Assembly: GCF_000196555.1 (NCBI RefSeq)
Contig: NC_015067.1
Location: 930,001 to 962,000 of the forward strand
DNA: 32,000 nucleotides
Reading direction: 5' to 3'
From: Bifidobacterium longum subsp. longum JCM 1217
Lineage (GTDB): Bacteria; Actinomycetota; Actinomycetes; Actinomycetales; Bifidobacteriaceae
Below the pieces are notes generated by a model, which did no database searches, had not been told where the DNA came from, and saw only the letters and a list, made by a program, of their open reading frames with translations. Of the stretch, positions 17,509-27,805 are shown one piece after another; position 1 is the stretch's first letter, and the number at the start of each line of letters is the position of its first letter. The translations under genes and the position numbers were made by a program.

Positions 17509-18387
17509 TTAGCGTGTCGCGTAGAACGCCACTGCGCTGGATGCCGCCACGTTCAGGCTATCCACGCCGTGGCTCATCGGAATCTTCACGGTCAAATCGG
17601 CGCGGGCAATCGTATGGTGGGACAGGCCGTCGCCCTCGGTACCGAAGATCAGCGCGAGCTTGTCGATATGCGTCGGATCTTCGGCAGGCGCGTGCAGACG
17701 GCGTGTCAGTTCGTCCAACGAAATCGAACGATCCTCCAATGCCATGGCCACGGTGGTGAAGCCCAGCGACTTCAACTCGTCGATGCCCTGGAACGGCCAG
17801 TAATGCTTGTTTTCGGTGCCGTCGTCGTTGAACCCGGTGATACGGGTCCACGGAATCTGGAATACGGTGCCCATCGACACGCGGGCGGCGCGTCGGTACA
17901 GCGGATCACCGCAGGAGGGTGTGACCAGCACGGCATCCACATCGAGCGCGGCCGCCGAACGCATCAGTGCGCCCACATTGGTGTGGTCCACGATGTTTTC
18001 CATTACTGCCACGCGGCGGGCGCTCTTGCAGACCTCGGCTACGGAGGGCAACGGCCAGCGTCGCATCGCGCATAGGGCGCCGCGATGCAAACGGTAGCCG
18101 GTCAGACGCTTGAGCTGCTCAGGTGAGGCCACGTAGACGGGAATATCCGCGCCCCAGCGCCCGTCGATGAAGTCGAAGGTGTCTTTCATGCCCTCCAGCC
18201 AAGGTTCCTCGACCAGCAGTGACAGCGGTTCGCGGTCAGCGGCCAGCGCGCGGTCGATAACCTTGGGGGACTCGGCGATGAACACGCCCTTGGCTGGTTC
18301 CAAGCGATTACGCAACTGCATTTCGGTGAGGCTCACATACGCTTCGACGCGCGGGTCGTCGACGGTGTCCAGCGTGATGAACTGCAT
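17509..18387 (-). CDS. TrmH/SpoU-family RNA 2'-O-methyltransferase
   Basis: 292 aa from the ATG at 18387, with RBS gaaagg upstream. The SpoU substrate-binding N-domain and SPOUT motifs are present (VMENIVDHTNVGALMRSAAAL, LIFGTEGDGLS, IPMSHGVDSLNVA). The track start at 18435 runs into the tRNA terminator. Confidence 0.85.
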   Translation of the reverse strand: MQFITLDTVDDPRVEAYVSLTEMQLRNRLEPAKGVFIAESPKVIDRALAADREPLSLLVEEPWLEGMKDTFDFIDGRWGADIPVYVASPEQLKRLTGYRLHRGALCAMRRWPLPSVAEVCKSARRVAVMENIVDHTNVGALMRSAAALDVDAVLVTPSCGDPLYRRAARVSMGTVFQIPWTRITGFNDDGTENKHYWPFQGIDELKSLGFTTVAMALEDRSISLDELTRRLHAPAEDPTHIDKLALIFGTEGDGLSHHTIARADLTVKIPMSHGVDSLNVAASSAVAFYATR

Positions 18388-18415
18388 TGGTGGCCTTTCG
18401 TGTGTGCAGATAACG

Positions 18416-18439
18416 AAAAACCCCTTGCAATGCAAGGGG
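18416..18439 (-). terminator. Rho-independent terminator downstream of tRNA-Leu
   Basis: The minus strand reads CCCCTTGCAtTGCAAGGGG followed by TTTTTCG. The GC-rich palindrome can stack 8 bp around a 3-nt loop. The outer arms cagataa/ttatctg extend it. Confidence 0.8.
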
Positions 18440-18447
18440 TTTATCTG

Positions 18448-18535
18448 TGCCCGAGACGGGACTTGAACCCGTACGCCTGTATAAAATAGGCACTAGCACC
18501 TCAAGCTAGCGCGTCTACCATTCCGCCACCCGGGC
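18448..18535 (-). tRNA. tRNA-Leu (anticodon GAG), class II with a long variable arm, no encoded CCA
   Basis: The minus strand reads GCCCGGGTGGCGGAATGGTAGACGCGCTAGCTTGAGGTGCTAGTGCCTATTTTATACAGGCGTACGGGTTCAAGTCCCGTCTCGGGCA. Acceptor stem is 7 bp (one G-U). The D arm is GCG/CGC. The anticodon stem CTAGC/GCTAG has loop TTGAGGT. The T arm is ACGGG-TTCAAGT-CCCGT. The discriminator is A. Confidence 0.93.
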
Positions 18536-18630
18536 AGGTGTCGTTTGGACAACGAGTAGATAGCTTAGCATGAAATTACAGGGATGCAATTCGCGCGTGT
18601 GCCCGGCGTGTCGCGTGTAGCCTTGAAGTC

Positions 18631-19428
18631 ATGACTGATGCCCTTTTTCTTTTCGACCCGCAGGTCGACGACGTCCCGGTGAACAGCGACGAACTCCACG
18701 CCGGCTGGAAGCTAACCCTGCCCGCTCACATCAAGCGCCATGCCGTGCAGGCCATGCGACTCAAGGCAGGGGACAGCCTGCAACTTTCCGACGGCAACGG
18801 CTTGAGAATCCAGGCAGTGATGGCCGATCCTGAAGCCGGACTGGCTGAAGTCGTGGAAGTGGGGCGCGAACCCGAGCCGCTCACCCGTTTGGCGCTGATT
18901 CAGGCATTGGCGAAAACCGGCCATGATGAGCAGGCCATCGATATGGCTACTCAGATTGGCGTCGACCAAGTGGTGCCATGGCAGGCGGACCGATCCATTG
19001 CCAAGTGGAAGGTCGGCCGTACAGACAAGAAGTGGAATTCGGTACTGGATGCCGCCACCGAGCAGTCGCGGCGCGCCTTTAAGCCGCAACTGGAGGCGTG
19101 CGCGTCCAGCAAGGAGGTCGTGGCCATCTGCCGCAGGGCCTGCGTGCATGGCGATGTGGTGATTGTGCTGCATCAGGATGCTACCGATACGTGGTCCGGC
19201 GTGGAGGAGAAGGTTGCGCAGTTGGTGGAACGCACGCTCCAGGACGGCCGGCCGCGGACTGTCAGTGTGGTGGTCGGGCCTGAGGGCGGCATCAGTGAGC
19301 AGGAGGTAGCTGATTTCGTCAAGGCCGGAGCGGTGAGCTGCGTACTGGGGCGCAATATTCTGAGAGCCGCGACGGCCGGTCCTGTAGCGTTGTCGCTGTT
19401 GTCTCGGGTGTTGGGACGTTACGAGTAA
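18631..19428 (+). CDS. rsmE: 16S rRNA (uracil1498-N3)-methyltransferase RsmE
   Basis: 265 aa. A PUA-like N-domain and a SPOUT C-domain are present (LIQALAKTGHDEQAIDMATQIGVDQVVPW, VVGPEGGISEQE, LGRNILRAATAG). Confidence 0.85.
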   Translation: MTDALFLFDPQVDDVPVNSDELHAGWKLTLPAHIKRHAVQAMRLKAGDSLQLSDGNGLRIQAVMADPEAGLAEVVEVGREPEPLTRLALIQALAKTGHDEQAIDMATQIGVDQVVPWQADRSIAKWKVGRTDKKWNSVLDAATEQSRRAFKPQLEACASSKEVVAICRRACVHGDVVIVLHQDATDTWSGVEEKVAQLVERTLQDGRPRTVSVVVGPEGGISEQEVADFVKAGAVSCVLGRNILRAATAGPVALSLLSRVLGRYE

Positions 19429-19473
19429 CGCCCACGCGCTAAGCTGGTGCGTAGCAACATCAAACCAAGGAGC

Positions 19474-19815
19474 ATGATGAGCGAATCCGACGATTGCCTG
19501 TTCTGCAAGATCATCGCAGGGCAGATTCCCAGCAGCAAGGTCTACGAGGACGAGACGACCTACGCATTCAACGACATCAATCCCAAGGCCAAGGTCCACG
19601 TGCTCGTGGTGCCCAAGAAGCACTACGCCAACGTCGCCGAACTTGCCGCCGGTGACCCGACCGAGCTGGCCCACATCGTCTCCATTGCGCAGAACATCGC
19701 CGACAAGGAATTTCACGGCGCCTACCGACTGGTGTTCAACACCGGTCTCGACGCCGGCCAGACCGTCTTCCACGTGCACGCGCACGTGATGACCGGCGAA
19801 AAGCTCGACGAGTAG
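19474..19815 (+). CDS. HIT-family (histidine triad) nucleotide hydrolase
   Basis: About 113 aa. CLFCKIIAGQIPS, and the histidine triad HVHAHVMTG. RBS aaggag is at 19467-19472. The start is either ATG 19474 or ATG 19477. The GTG at 19447 in the ORF track is less likely. Confidence 0.88.
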   Translation: MMSESDDCLFCKIIAGQIPSSKVYEDETTYAFNDINPKAKVHVLVVPKKHYANVAELAAGDPTELAHIVSIAQNIADKEFHGAYRLVFNTGLDAGQTVFHVHAHVMTGEKLDE

Positions 19816-19833
19816 TAGGGGAATATCCGCTTC

Positions 19834-21009
19834 GTGGCAACGACTACACGTACCATCACCATCCCGCCCCAACTTGACCCCGTCGCCGTGCTCGGCCCGG
19901 TTGACGAGGTCATTCGCGAGGTAGAGCGCGCCTTTCCGGACCTGACGATTATCGTGCGCGGCAACCGCGTGGCGATCGTCTCCCGCTCCAAGCAGACCGA
20001 AGCCCAGGCCGCACAGGCCGAGGATTTGGTCAATACCATCATCCAAGCCGCCTACACCGCGCCTATGGACGCCGACACCGTGCGTCGCATGCTCGACCAG
20101 AACGTGCTCAAGAACCACGTGCGCCTCGAACATCCCGGTCACGGCCCGGTGCGTGACAAACTGGCGCAATCGACCTCAAACGAACGCGCCCATGCACGTT
20201 CTGCCGGCTCCCACGACCCGACGTACCGCAAGCCCACGGTTCCCGGCGTCATCACCTTTGCTGCCGGCGTGCCGGTCCGTGCGAAAACCGCCGGACAAGT
20301 GGCCTACGTGAACGCCATCGAATCGCACACCATCACCTTCGGCATTGGCCCCGCAGGCACCGGCAAGACGTATCTGGCCGTGGCCAAGGCTGTGCGTGCC
20401 TTCCAGGACAAGCAGATTCGCCGCATCATCCTCACGCGCCCGGCCGTGGAGGCCGGCGAAAGCCTCGGCTTTCTGCCCGGCACGCTGAATGACAAGGTTG
20501 ACCCGTATCTGCGCCCGCTGTACGACGCGCTTGGCGACATGCTCGGCGCCGACCAGCTCAAGCGGTACATGGACGACGGCTCCATCGAAGTGGCGCCGCT
20601 CGCCTACATGCGCGGCCGTACGCTGAACGACGCGTTCGTGATCCTCGACGAGGCTCAGAACACCACCGAACAGCAGATGAAGATGTTCCTGACCCGTCTG
20701 GGCTTCAACACCACGATGGTCATCACCGGCGATATCTCGCAGGTGGACCTGACCGTGCCTCGCTCGGGACTGGCCACCATCGAACGCATCCTGGGCGGCA
20801 TCAACGACATCGCATTCGTGCATCTCAAAACCGAGGACGTGGTACGTCACCAGCTGGTCGGACAGATCGTGGCCGCCTACGACCGTCACTCCGCCATCGC
20901 CGGCGACCACCGCGACATCGAACGCAAGGGCCGCCGCAACCATACCGACTTCGATGCCCGCCAGCAAGCGGATTCAACCAACCAAAGCGAGACAGACGAT
21001 GAGCGTTGA
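19834..21009 (+). CDS. phoH: PhoH-like ATPase (PhoH/YbeZ family)
   Basis: 391 aa with a GTG start. The N-terminal PhoH-associated region precedes Walker [16 protein letters not shown], then [17 protein letters not shown], and Walker [10 protein letters not shown]. Confidence 0.92.
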
Positions 21010-21547
21010 CGTCACCAATGAAACCCAGTGGGTCATCGACCCCAAGGTCTTCTCCGATTTGGGTATTTGGGTACTCGACCAGATGCGCGTGAGCACCCAG
21101 TCCGACCTGACCATCATGTTCGTGGATCCCGATCCCATCGCCGAACTGCACATGCGTTGGATGAACCTCGAAGGCCCGACCGACGTGATGAGCTTCCCGA
21201 TGGACGAGCTGCGCCCCGGCGACGGCAAAACCGTGATGGAAGGAGTGCTCGGCGACATCGTCATCTGCCCGTGGGTCGCTGCCCAACAGGCTGCCGCAGC
21301 CGGGCACAGCACCATGCAGGAGATGCTATTGCTCACCATCCACGGCATCCTGCACCTGCTCGGCTACGACCACGTGACCCCCGAGCAGGAGCGCCAGATG
21401 TTCGGCCTGCAGCGACAGCTGCTGCTCACCTTCTTCGCCCTACGCCACGATGCCAACGTGCAGGCCACGCTGCCCGCCGGCACACCCGACGCGCTGGCCC
21501 TGTACGACGCCGCGCACGGTGCTGGCCGCGACCTCGATTCCAAATAA
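20999..21547 (+). CDS. ybeY: rRNA maturation endoribonuclease YbeY
   Basis: 182 aa from the ATG at 20999, which overlaps the phoH stop by 11 nt. The zinc motif [11 protein letters not shown] is present. Confidence 0.93.
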
Positions 21548-21622
21548 GCTCCCAAATCAATCACACCAAATCCGGATTATTCGATACCGTTCAAGGACAT
21601 TCAAGGACACCGAAAAATCATT

Positions 21623-23056
21623 ATGGAGTATTCCAGTACCACGCCGATCGCCATCACCGTCATTCTTGTACTCGTGGCGGCCCTGTTCGTCTGGCTCTCG
21701 CTGACCATGGCCGCCGCTGAAGGCGCCGTGGCCCGCGTAACGCGAGCCAGCCTTAACAATCTCATCCTCGAGGTGCAGACCGACTCCGAAGCAAGCCAGT
21801 TCCTCAAGATGAAGAAGATCGACAAGATTCATCGCGTGCAACGGCTCATCGCCGACCGTTACGCCACCGCCGGCAGCTGTGCGTTCTTCCGCATCGCCTG
21901 CAATGTGCTCGACGGCGTACTGGTGTCTTCCATCGCATCCCTGTGGGGTGCGGAACTGTGGATTGAACTGCTCTCCGGATTCCTGGTCGCGATTATCGTA
22001 GCCGTGGTCTCCGTACTGGTCCGCCCGCGCACCGCCGGCATGGCCAAGCCGGTCGGCATCATGATTTCCAACTCGCGCATCGTGTCGTTGGCCACCAAGC
22101 TCACGCCGTTCGCACGCATCGGTGGCGACAAGTCCGGTTCCAAGGGACCGGGCCGCCGCTCCAAGGACTCCGATCTGTCCGACGACGAGGAGCTTGAGAA
22201 GATTCAGCTCGAGCAGGGCAAGGCCGCCATCGACCGACTGGTGGAGTCCAACGACTTCGATCCGGAAGTCTCCGAAATGTTGCGCAACGTGCTCACCCTG
22301 TCTGATACGTTGACTCGCGAGATCATGGTGCCGCGCACCGATATGATCTGCATGGAGCGCGACTCCACACTGTCTTCCGCGCTGAAACTGTTCTCCCGCT
22401 CCGGCTTCTCCCGCGTGCCGGTGATCGGTGAGGATGTGGATGACCTGATCGGCGTGGCCTATTTGAAGGATGCCGTGCGTGCCACCGCCTTCAACCCGGC
22501 GGCCATGGAGCGCGCGGTCGAATCCATCGTCCGGCAGCCGCTGCTTGTTCCCGAATCCAAGCCGGTGGACGACCTGTTCCATGAGATGCAGCGTTCCCGC
22601 CAGCATGTGGCCGTGGTGGTCGATGAGTACGGCGGCATCGCCGGCATGGTGACTATCGAGGATGCCATCGAACAGATCGTCGGCGAGCTGGAAGACGAGC
22701 ACGACCGCACCCAGCGTACTGAGCCGGAGAAAATCGGAGACAACAAGTGGAAGATGCCCGCCCGTACGCCGATTGCCGATCTGGAGGAGATCTTCGAGAT
22801 CGACATTGATGAGGACGATGTCGATACCGTGTACGGCCTGCTGACCAAGATTCTGGGCCGAGTGCCGATTGTCGGTGCCTCGGCTGTGACGCGCGGTCTG
22901 CGACTGACCGCCGTGGACTCCGCCGGACGCCGCAAGAAGGTGTCCACCATCGTCGTAGAACCGGCGCACGTCGAGGGCGGCGAGGAAAATAACAAGACCC
23001 ATGAGGAAACTGACGGCGAGCCCGTCGAAGGCGATGATACCGCCAGCAAGGAGTGA
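21623..23056 (+). CDS. CNNM/CorC-HlyC family membrane protein (DUF21 + CBS pair + CorC_HlyC domain)
   Basis: 477 aa. It has N-terminal TM segments, a CBS-pair region ([10 protein letters not shown] ... [23 protein letters not shown]), then [28 protein letters not shown]. Its position between ybeY and era is conserved. Confidence 0.9.
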   Translation: MEYSSTTPIAITVILVLVAALFVWLSLTMAAAEGAVARVTRASLNNLILEVQTDSEASQFLKMKKIDKIHRVQRLIADRYATAGSCAFFRIACNVLDGVLVSSIASLWGAELWIELLSGFLVAIIVAVVSVLVRPRTAGMAKPVGIMISNSRIVSLATKLTPFARIGGDKSGSKGPGRRSKDSDLSDDEELEKIQLEQGKAAIDRLVESNDFDPEVSEMLRNVLTLSDTLTREIMVPRTDMICMERDSTLSSALKLFSRSGFSRVPVIGEDVDDLIGVAYLKDAVRATAFNPAAMERAVESIVRQPLLVPESKPVDDLFHEMQRSRQHVAVVVDEYGGIAGMVTIEDAIEQIVGELEDEHDRTQRTEPEKIGDNKWKMPARTPIADLEEIFEIDIDEDDVDTVYGLLTKILGRVPIVGASAVTRGLRLTAVDSAGRRKKVSTIVVEPAHVEGGEENNKTHEETDGEPVEGDDTASKE

Positions 23057-23057
23057 T

Positions 23058-24122
23058 ATGACCGATCAGAACAACAGCACGAACGACGTCGATGACATTG
23101 ACGTTACCGATGCTTCCGATGTTGCCGGCGTTGCCGAAGTCGACGCGACCGGTGAAACGGCGAACGTGACCAAGCAGGACGTGCCGTATCGCTCCGGATT
23201 CGTGGCCGTGGTCGGCCGCCCGAACGTCGGCAAATCCACGTTGATCAACGCGTTGATCGGCAAGCAGATCGCCATCGCATCCTCTCGCCCGGAAACCACC
23301 CGTAAGGCGATCCGCGGCATCCTGACCGCCGACCACGCGCAGCTCGTGCTCGTGGACACGCCCGGTATTCACCGTCCGCGTACGTTGCTCGGCCAGCGTC
23401 TGAACGACGTGGTCGACGAATCTCTGGCCGATGTGGACGTGGTGGCCTTCCTGCTGCCCGCCGATCAGGAAATCGGCCCCGGCGACAAGCGTATTCTCTC
23501 CCGACTGCGTACCGACTTCGCCACCAAGCGTGAGGACGGTACGTTCAAGTGGCGCATCCCGCTGATTGCCATCGTCACCAAGATCGACGAGCTTGGCCGT
23601 CAGCAACTCATCAACAAGCTCATCGAAATCAACGATTTCGCCGATTTCTCGGACATCGTGCCGGTGAGCGCCCTGAAGCACGACAATCTGGCTGAAGTGA
23701 AGAACGTGCTCATTGAGCACACGCCCGAGGGTCCGCAGATGTACCCGGACGATCAGATCAGCGAGGAGCGTCCGGAAGACACCATCGCCGAACTCGTGCG
23801 CGGTGCGTTCCTTGAGACCCTGGACGACGAGCTGCCGCATTCGCTGGCCGTGGTGGTTGATTCCATCGACTATCCGGAAGACAACGAGACCGGTCAGGGC
23901 TATGACGGCAAGGCGCAGGTCAACGTGTCCATTTACGTGGAGCGTGACTCCCAGAAGCCGATCATCATCGGCAAGGGCGCCTCGAACCTCACCTACGTCA
24001 AGAAGAAGCTGCGCACCCCGGTCAACCGCATCGTCGGCCAAAAAGCCAAGCTCGACCTCCACGTCAAGGTAGCCAAAGGCTGGCAGTCCGACCCCAAGCA
24101 GCTGGAGCGCCTGGGCTTCTAA
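23058..24122 (+). CDS. era: GTPase Era
   Basis: 354 aa from the ATG at 23058, with RBS aaggag at 23048-23053, one nt after the upstream stop. G1 is [10 protein letters not shown]3 is DTPG, G4 is TKID, and there is a C-terminal KH domain. The N-terminal ~45 aa form an acidic extension. Confidence 0.95.
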   Translation: MTDQNNSTNDVDDIDVTDASDVAGVAEVDATGETANVTKQDVPYRSGFVAVVGRPNVGKSTLINALIGKQIAIASSRPETTRKAIRGILTADHAQLVLVDTPGIHRPRTLLGQRLNDVVDESLADVDVVAFLLPADQEIGPGDKRILSRLRTDFATKREDGTFKWRIPLIAIVTKIDELGRQQLINKLIEINDFADFSDIVPVSALKHDNLAEVKNVLIEHTPEGPQMYPDDQISEERPEDTIAELVRGAFLETLDDELPHSLAVVVDSIDYPEDNETGQGYDGKAQVNVSIYVERDSQKPIIIGKGASNLTYVKKKLRTPVNRIVGQKAKLDLHVKVAKGWQSDPKQLERLGF

Positions 24123-24134
24123 GGCTTATAGACG

Positions 24135-24164
24135 AAAAAAGCTCCCTCGTCAGAGGGAGCTTTT
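24135..24164. terminator. Bidirectional rho-independent terminator between era (+) and the acyl-CoA synthetase (-); the stem is the CTCCCTC/GAGGGAG core
   Basis: aaaaaAGCTCCCTC-gtca-GAGGGAGCTtttt. A 9-bp perfect GC-rich stem, extendable by A/T pairs, is flanked by an A-run and a T-run. Confidence 0.9.
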
Positions 24165-24174
24165 GCTATACGGT

Positions 24175-26208
24175 TTACTTCCGCTTCGTGTACATCTGGG
24201 TGTTGAGGAGGGTGGAGTAGCGCTTGATGACCTTGGGACGAATCACCTTCATGGAAGCGGTCATCAGGCCGTTTTCCTGAGTGAACTCCTCGGGCAGGAT
24301 GATGAACTTGCGCACGGACTCGGCGCGGGAGACGCCCTCGTTGGCCTGATCGACCCACTTCTGCACTTCGGCGCGCACGGCGGCGTTCTTGGCGGCATCC
24401 TCCAGCGGCATGTTCTCGTCCAGGCCCTTGGCGGCCAGCCACGGGCGCAGCGACTCCTCGTCCAGCGTCACCAATGCGGAGATGAACGGACGCTTATCAC
24501 CCAGCACCAGCGCCTGGGAGATGAACTCGCAACGCTGAATGACTTCCTCGATCGGGCCGGGGGAGACGTTCTTACCACCTGCAGTGATAATCAGATCCTT
24601 CTTACGACCGGTGATGTACAGGAAGCCATCGTTGTCGATACGGCCCAAGTCGCCGGTGACATACCAGCCATCTTCGGTGAACGACAGCTCAGTGGCCTCG
24701 TCGTTCTTGTGATAGCGCGGGAACACGGCACGACCCTTGACCTGAATTTCGCCGTCCTCGGCGATGCGCAGGGAGAATCCGGGGAATGCGATGCCCACGG
24801 AACCAGCGTGGAACGGCGTACCCAGCGGGCTGAACGCGCACGGTGCGGTGGTCTCGGTCAGACCATAGCCCTCGTATACAGGCACACCCGCGCCACGGAA
24901 GAAAGCCAGCAGTTCCGGGTCAAGCGGGGCACCGCCGGCCACAATCCACTTGGCGCGACCGCCGAGCACTTCGCGCAGCGAAGAGTAGACAATCGGATCG
25001 AAGGCAGCGCGGCGAGTGCGGGTCAGTGCACCTGCCTTGCCATTGGCGGAGACCTCCTTCATATAGTTCTGCGCGGCCACCACGGCGGAGGCGAACACCA
25101 CGCCCTTGGGGCCGTGGCCGGCCTTCTGGGACGCGGCGTTGTACACCTTCTCCAGCACGCGCGGCACCACGATCATGAGAGTGGGCTTGGCCACCTGCAG
25201 ATCGCTGATCAGCGTCTTGATGCCGGTGGCGATGTAGATGCGGACGTTCGAGGAGACGACGATGTAGTTGATGGCGCGGGCGAAGGAATGGGCCTGCGGC
25301 AGGAACAGCAGGATGGTGTTCCTCTTGTCGTGCAGCAGATCGGGCATGTAGGCCGGCAGATTCAGCGCGGTCTGGCAGTAGTGCTCGTGGGTCATCTCCA
25401 CGCCTTTCGGCGCGGCCGTGGAACCGGAGGTGTACACGATGGAACACAGGTCGGTCTTCTTGACCGAATCGATGCGCTCGTCCAGCTCCTCGTCCGAGAC
25501 CGTGGTGCCGTAGGCCTTGATCTCGTCCAAGCCACCGGTCTCGATGGTGATGATGTGCTCCAGGGACGGGCACTCTTCGACGGCCCCATCCGCCTTCTTA
25601 CGCATGTCCGTGTCCTGCACGATCAGCAGTCGGGCATCGGAGTTGTTGACGATATTGCGAATCTGCTCGGCGGAATCGGTGTCGTAGATGGTGGCGAGCA
25701 CGCCGCCGCACGCCATGATCGCCGCGTCGGTCAGGTCCCAGTCGTAGGAAGTGCGGCACATGAATGCCACGGCATCGCCCTTCTTCAGGCCGTAATGAAT
25801 CAGGCCCTTGGCCACGGCACGCACGTCAGCCAGGAACTCGTTGGCGGTGACGGTCACCCAATCGTTGCCGGACTTGTAGGTGTACAGCGGCTCATCGCCC
25901 ATACGTTCGGCGCGGTCCGCATACAGGTCGTAGATGGACGTACCTTCGTCCAGCGGCGGATTGCCTTCGGTGGAGGTGGTGAGCAGGCCGGTGGCGGGGT
26001 CGATGTCGGTGACGGTCAGGTGGCCGTCGTCCCAATCGTCGCTGTGAGGCAAAGCGATATTGGCCTCGACCGGCACGTCGGCGTTGGACAGGTAATCGGG
26101 CTCGTCCGGGGTGTCGTCGTGGACCGGGTGGACGAAGTCGGATCCCAACCTGAGCGCCTTACGGGTGAGATTGATCGTGTGCTGCGTGAAGGAATTGATA
26201 ACCGACAA
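24175..26208 (-). CDS. fadD: Long-chain acyl-CoA synthetase (AMP-forming, FadD/FACS family)
   Basis: AMP-binding signature IVYTSGSTAAPKGV, then GYGLTET and TGDLGRIDNDGFLYITGRKKDLIITAGGKNV. The preferred start is TTG at 26208, preceded by AGGAG (26215-26219) with a 6-nt spacing, giving 677 aa. The track's TTG at 26286 has no RBS. The start remains uncertain. Confidence 0.88.
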   Translation of the reverse strand: MSVINSFTQHTINLTRKALRLGSDFVHPVHDDTPDEPDYLSNADVPVEANIALPHSDDWDDGHLTVTDIDPATGLLTTSTEGNPPLDEGTSIYDLYADRAERMGDEPLYTYKSGNDWVTVTANEFLADVRAVAKGLIHYGLKKGDAVAFMCRTSYDWDLTDAAIMACGGVLATIYDTDSAEQIRNIVNNSDARLLIVQDTDMRKKADGAVEECPSLEHIITIETGGLDEIKAYGTTVSDEELDERIDSVKKTDLCSIVYTSGSTAAPKGVEMTHEHYCQTALNLPAYMPDLLHDKRNTILLFLPQAHSFARAINYIVVSSNVRIYIATGIKTLISDLQVAKPTLMIVVPRVLEKVYNAASQKAGHGPKGVVFASAVVAAQNYMKEVSANGKAGALTRTRRAAFDPIVYSSLREVLGGRAKWIVAGGAPLDPELLAFFRGAGVPVYEGYGLTETTAPCAFSPLGTPFHAGSVGIAFPGFSLRIAEDGEIQVKGRAVFPRYHKNDEATELSFTEDGWYVTGDLGRIDNDGFLYITGRKKDLIITAGGKNVSPGPIEEVIQRCEFISQALVLGDKRPFISALVTLDEESLRPWLAAKGLDENMPLEDAAKNAAVRAEVQKWVDQANEGVSRAESVRKFIILPEEFTQENGLMTASMKVIRPKVIKRYSTLLNTQMYTKRK

Positions 26209-26626
26209 GTCTTGCTCCTGTAAACCTTTCAGTGTCGTCCAGCCATGAGGCGAACGCTTCTCAAAGTTCAAATTGTAATCGCCCAAACCGAACTCGTCAC
26301 CTTACGCAACCGTAGGATTCTGGCGGGTTAGGGGAGTGCGTGGCAAAATATTGCACAGGTCCCGATATTGTTGAGTAACCGTGAGCTACGAAACGGTGAT
26401 TGTCGATAATTATTGAGCGGTTGGTTGCTGATCGATGCCGGGTGATTGTTGGACGACTTCCGAGCAATTCATCCGCAATGCACATGGACACATTCGTATT
26501 TCTTACTAATTTCGGGTTCGTTTCTATTTCGATTGGCGGAATCTCAAGTCATGGTCTTTACCTTTCGACTACACTTACCATGCGGATAACCATGTCCATT
26601 TTGAAGTAGAACAAGAAAGGGCTCTC

Positions 26627-27790
26627 ATGGCGCAAAACCCAGAAGCCACCGTGGTGTTCGGCGTTTTGAACGAAACGTCCGAAACGGAATCCCGCGTCGC
26701 GCTGACGCCGGATATCGTCACCCGGCTGAAGAGGAGCGGTGTCTCCTCACTGATTGAAGCAGGTGCCGGCATTGCTGCCGACTACACCGATGAGGATTAC
26801 GAAAAGGCCGGTGCGAAGGTGACCAGCCGTGACGAGGTGCTCGCCGAAGCCGACGCGCTCGGTTTTGTGGACCGACCGTCCGCCGAGACCGTGGCCAAGC
26901 TCAAGGCCGGCCAGTGGGTCATTGGCATGCTCGGTTCCTTCACCGATGCCGATTACGTGGCCGCGCTCGAGAAGGCCGGTCTGGTGGGCATCGCCATCGA
27001 AAAGCTGCCCCGTAAGCTTTCCAGCGCCCAGTCCATGGATGAGATGACCTCTCAGAACTCCGTGATGGGCTACAAGGCAGCCATCACCGCCGCCGATGCT
27101 TACGGTTCCTTCCTGCCGATGATGACCACCGCCGCCGGCACGATTCGCCCGGCTAAGGCGCTGGTGCTCGGTGCCGGCATCGCCGGCCTGCAGGCCATCG
27201 GTACGCTGAAGCGTCTTGGCGCGGTCGTCACCGCGTACGACGTGCGTCCCGCCTCCCAGGGCGAGGTCGAGTCCCTCGGCGCGAAGTTCCTTGATCTGGG
27301 ACTTGACTTCTCCAAGGGCCAGGGCGAGGGCGGTTATGCCCGCGCGCTGAGCGCCGAAGAGCAGGCTCAGCAGCAGGCTGCCGTCGACGAAAAGGCCGCC
27401 GGCTTTGACATCATCATCACCACCGCCAAGGTCCCGGGCCGTAAGCCCCCGGTGCTGCTCACCGCAGCCGGCGTCAAGGGTCTCAAGCGTGGTGCCGTGA
27501 TCGTGGACTGCGCAGCATCCGACCTCGGCGGCAACGTCGAAGGCTCCGCCGTTGGTGAGCAGGTCACCGAGGGCGGTGTCAAGCTGATCGGCGCTCCCTA
27601 CCTGGCCTCCGGCGTCGCCACCACCGCATCCAACCTGCTTTCGCGCAACGTGGCCGACATCCTCGTGCACTTCGTGCGTGACGGCAAGCTCGGCCAGGAT
27701 CTCACCGAAGAACTCGACGACGCGCTGGTGGTTGCCGGCCGCGCCGCCGCCCCGGCAGCTGCTGCCGATGCCGAGAAGTCCGAGAAGTAA
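26627..27790 (+). CDS. pntAA: NAD(P) transhydrogenase subunit alpha, part 1 (dI domain)
   Basis: 387 aa. E.RVALTPD, QNSVMGYKA, the Rossmann motif LGAGIAGLQAIGTLKRLGA, and ITTAKVPGRKPP. Confidence 0.95.
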   Translation: MAQNPEATVVFGVLNETSETESRVALTPDIVTRLKRSGVSSLIEAGAGIAADYTDEDYEKAGAKVTSRDEVLAEADALGFVDRPSAETVAKLKAGQWVIGMLGSFTDADYVAALEKAGLVGIAIEKLPRKLSSAQSMDEMTSQNSVMGYKAAITAADAYGSFLPMMTTAAGTIRPAKALVLGAGIAGLQAIGTLKRLGAVVTAYDVRPASQGEVESLGAKFLDLGLDFSKGQGEGGYARALSAEEQAQQQAAVDEKAAGFDIIITTAKVPGRKPPVLLTAAGVKGLKRGAVIVDCAASDLGGNVEGSAVGEQVTEGGVKLIGAPYLASGVATTASNLLSRNVADILVHFVRDGKLGQDLTEELDDALVVAGRAAAPAAAADAEKSEK

Positions 27791-27805
27791 GGAAGAAGGA
27801 ATACC

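Noticed and set aside
18448-18630. tRNA-Leu as a possible integration hotspot or genomic-island border.
   Set aside because: There is no integrase, no direct repeat of the tRNA 3' end nearby and no compositional shift. The flanking genes (SPOUT methyltransferases, rsmE cluster) are core housekeeping genes.
26326-26336. TAGGGGAGTG resembling the CTGAGGGGAGTA end of the repeat unit.
   Set aside because: It is an isolated 8-9-nt match without the partner palindrome, so it is compatible with chance.
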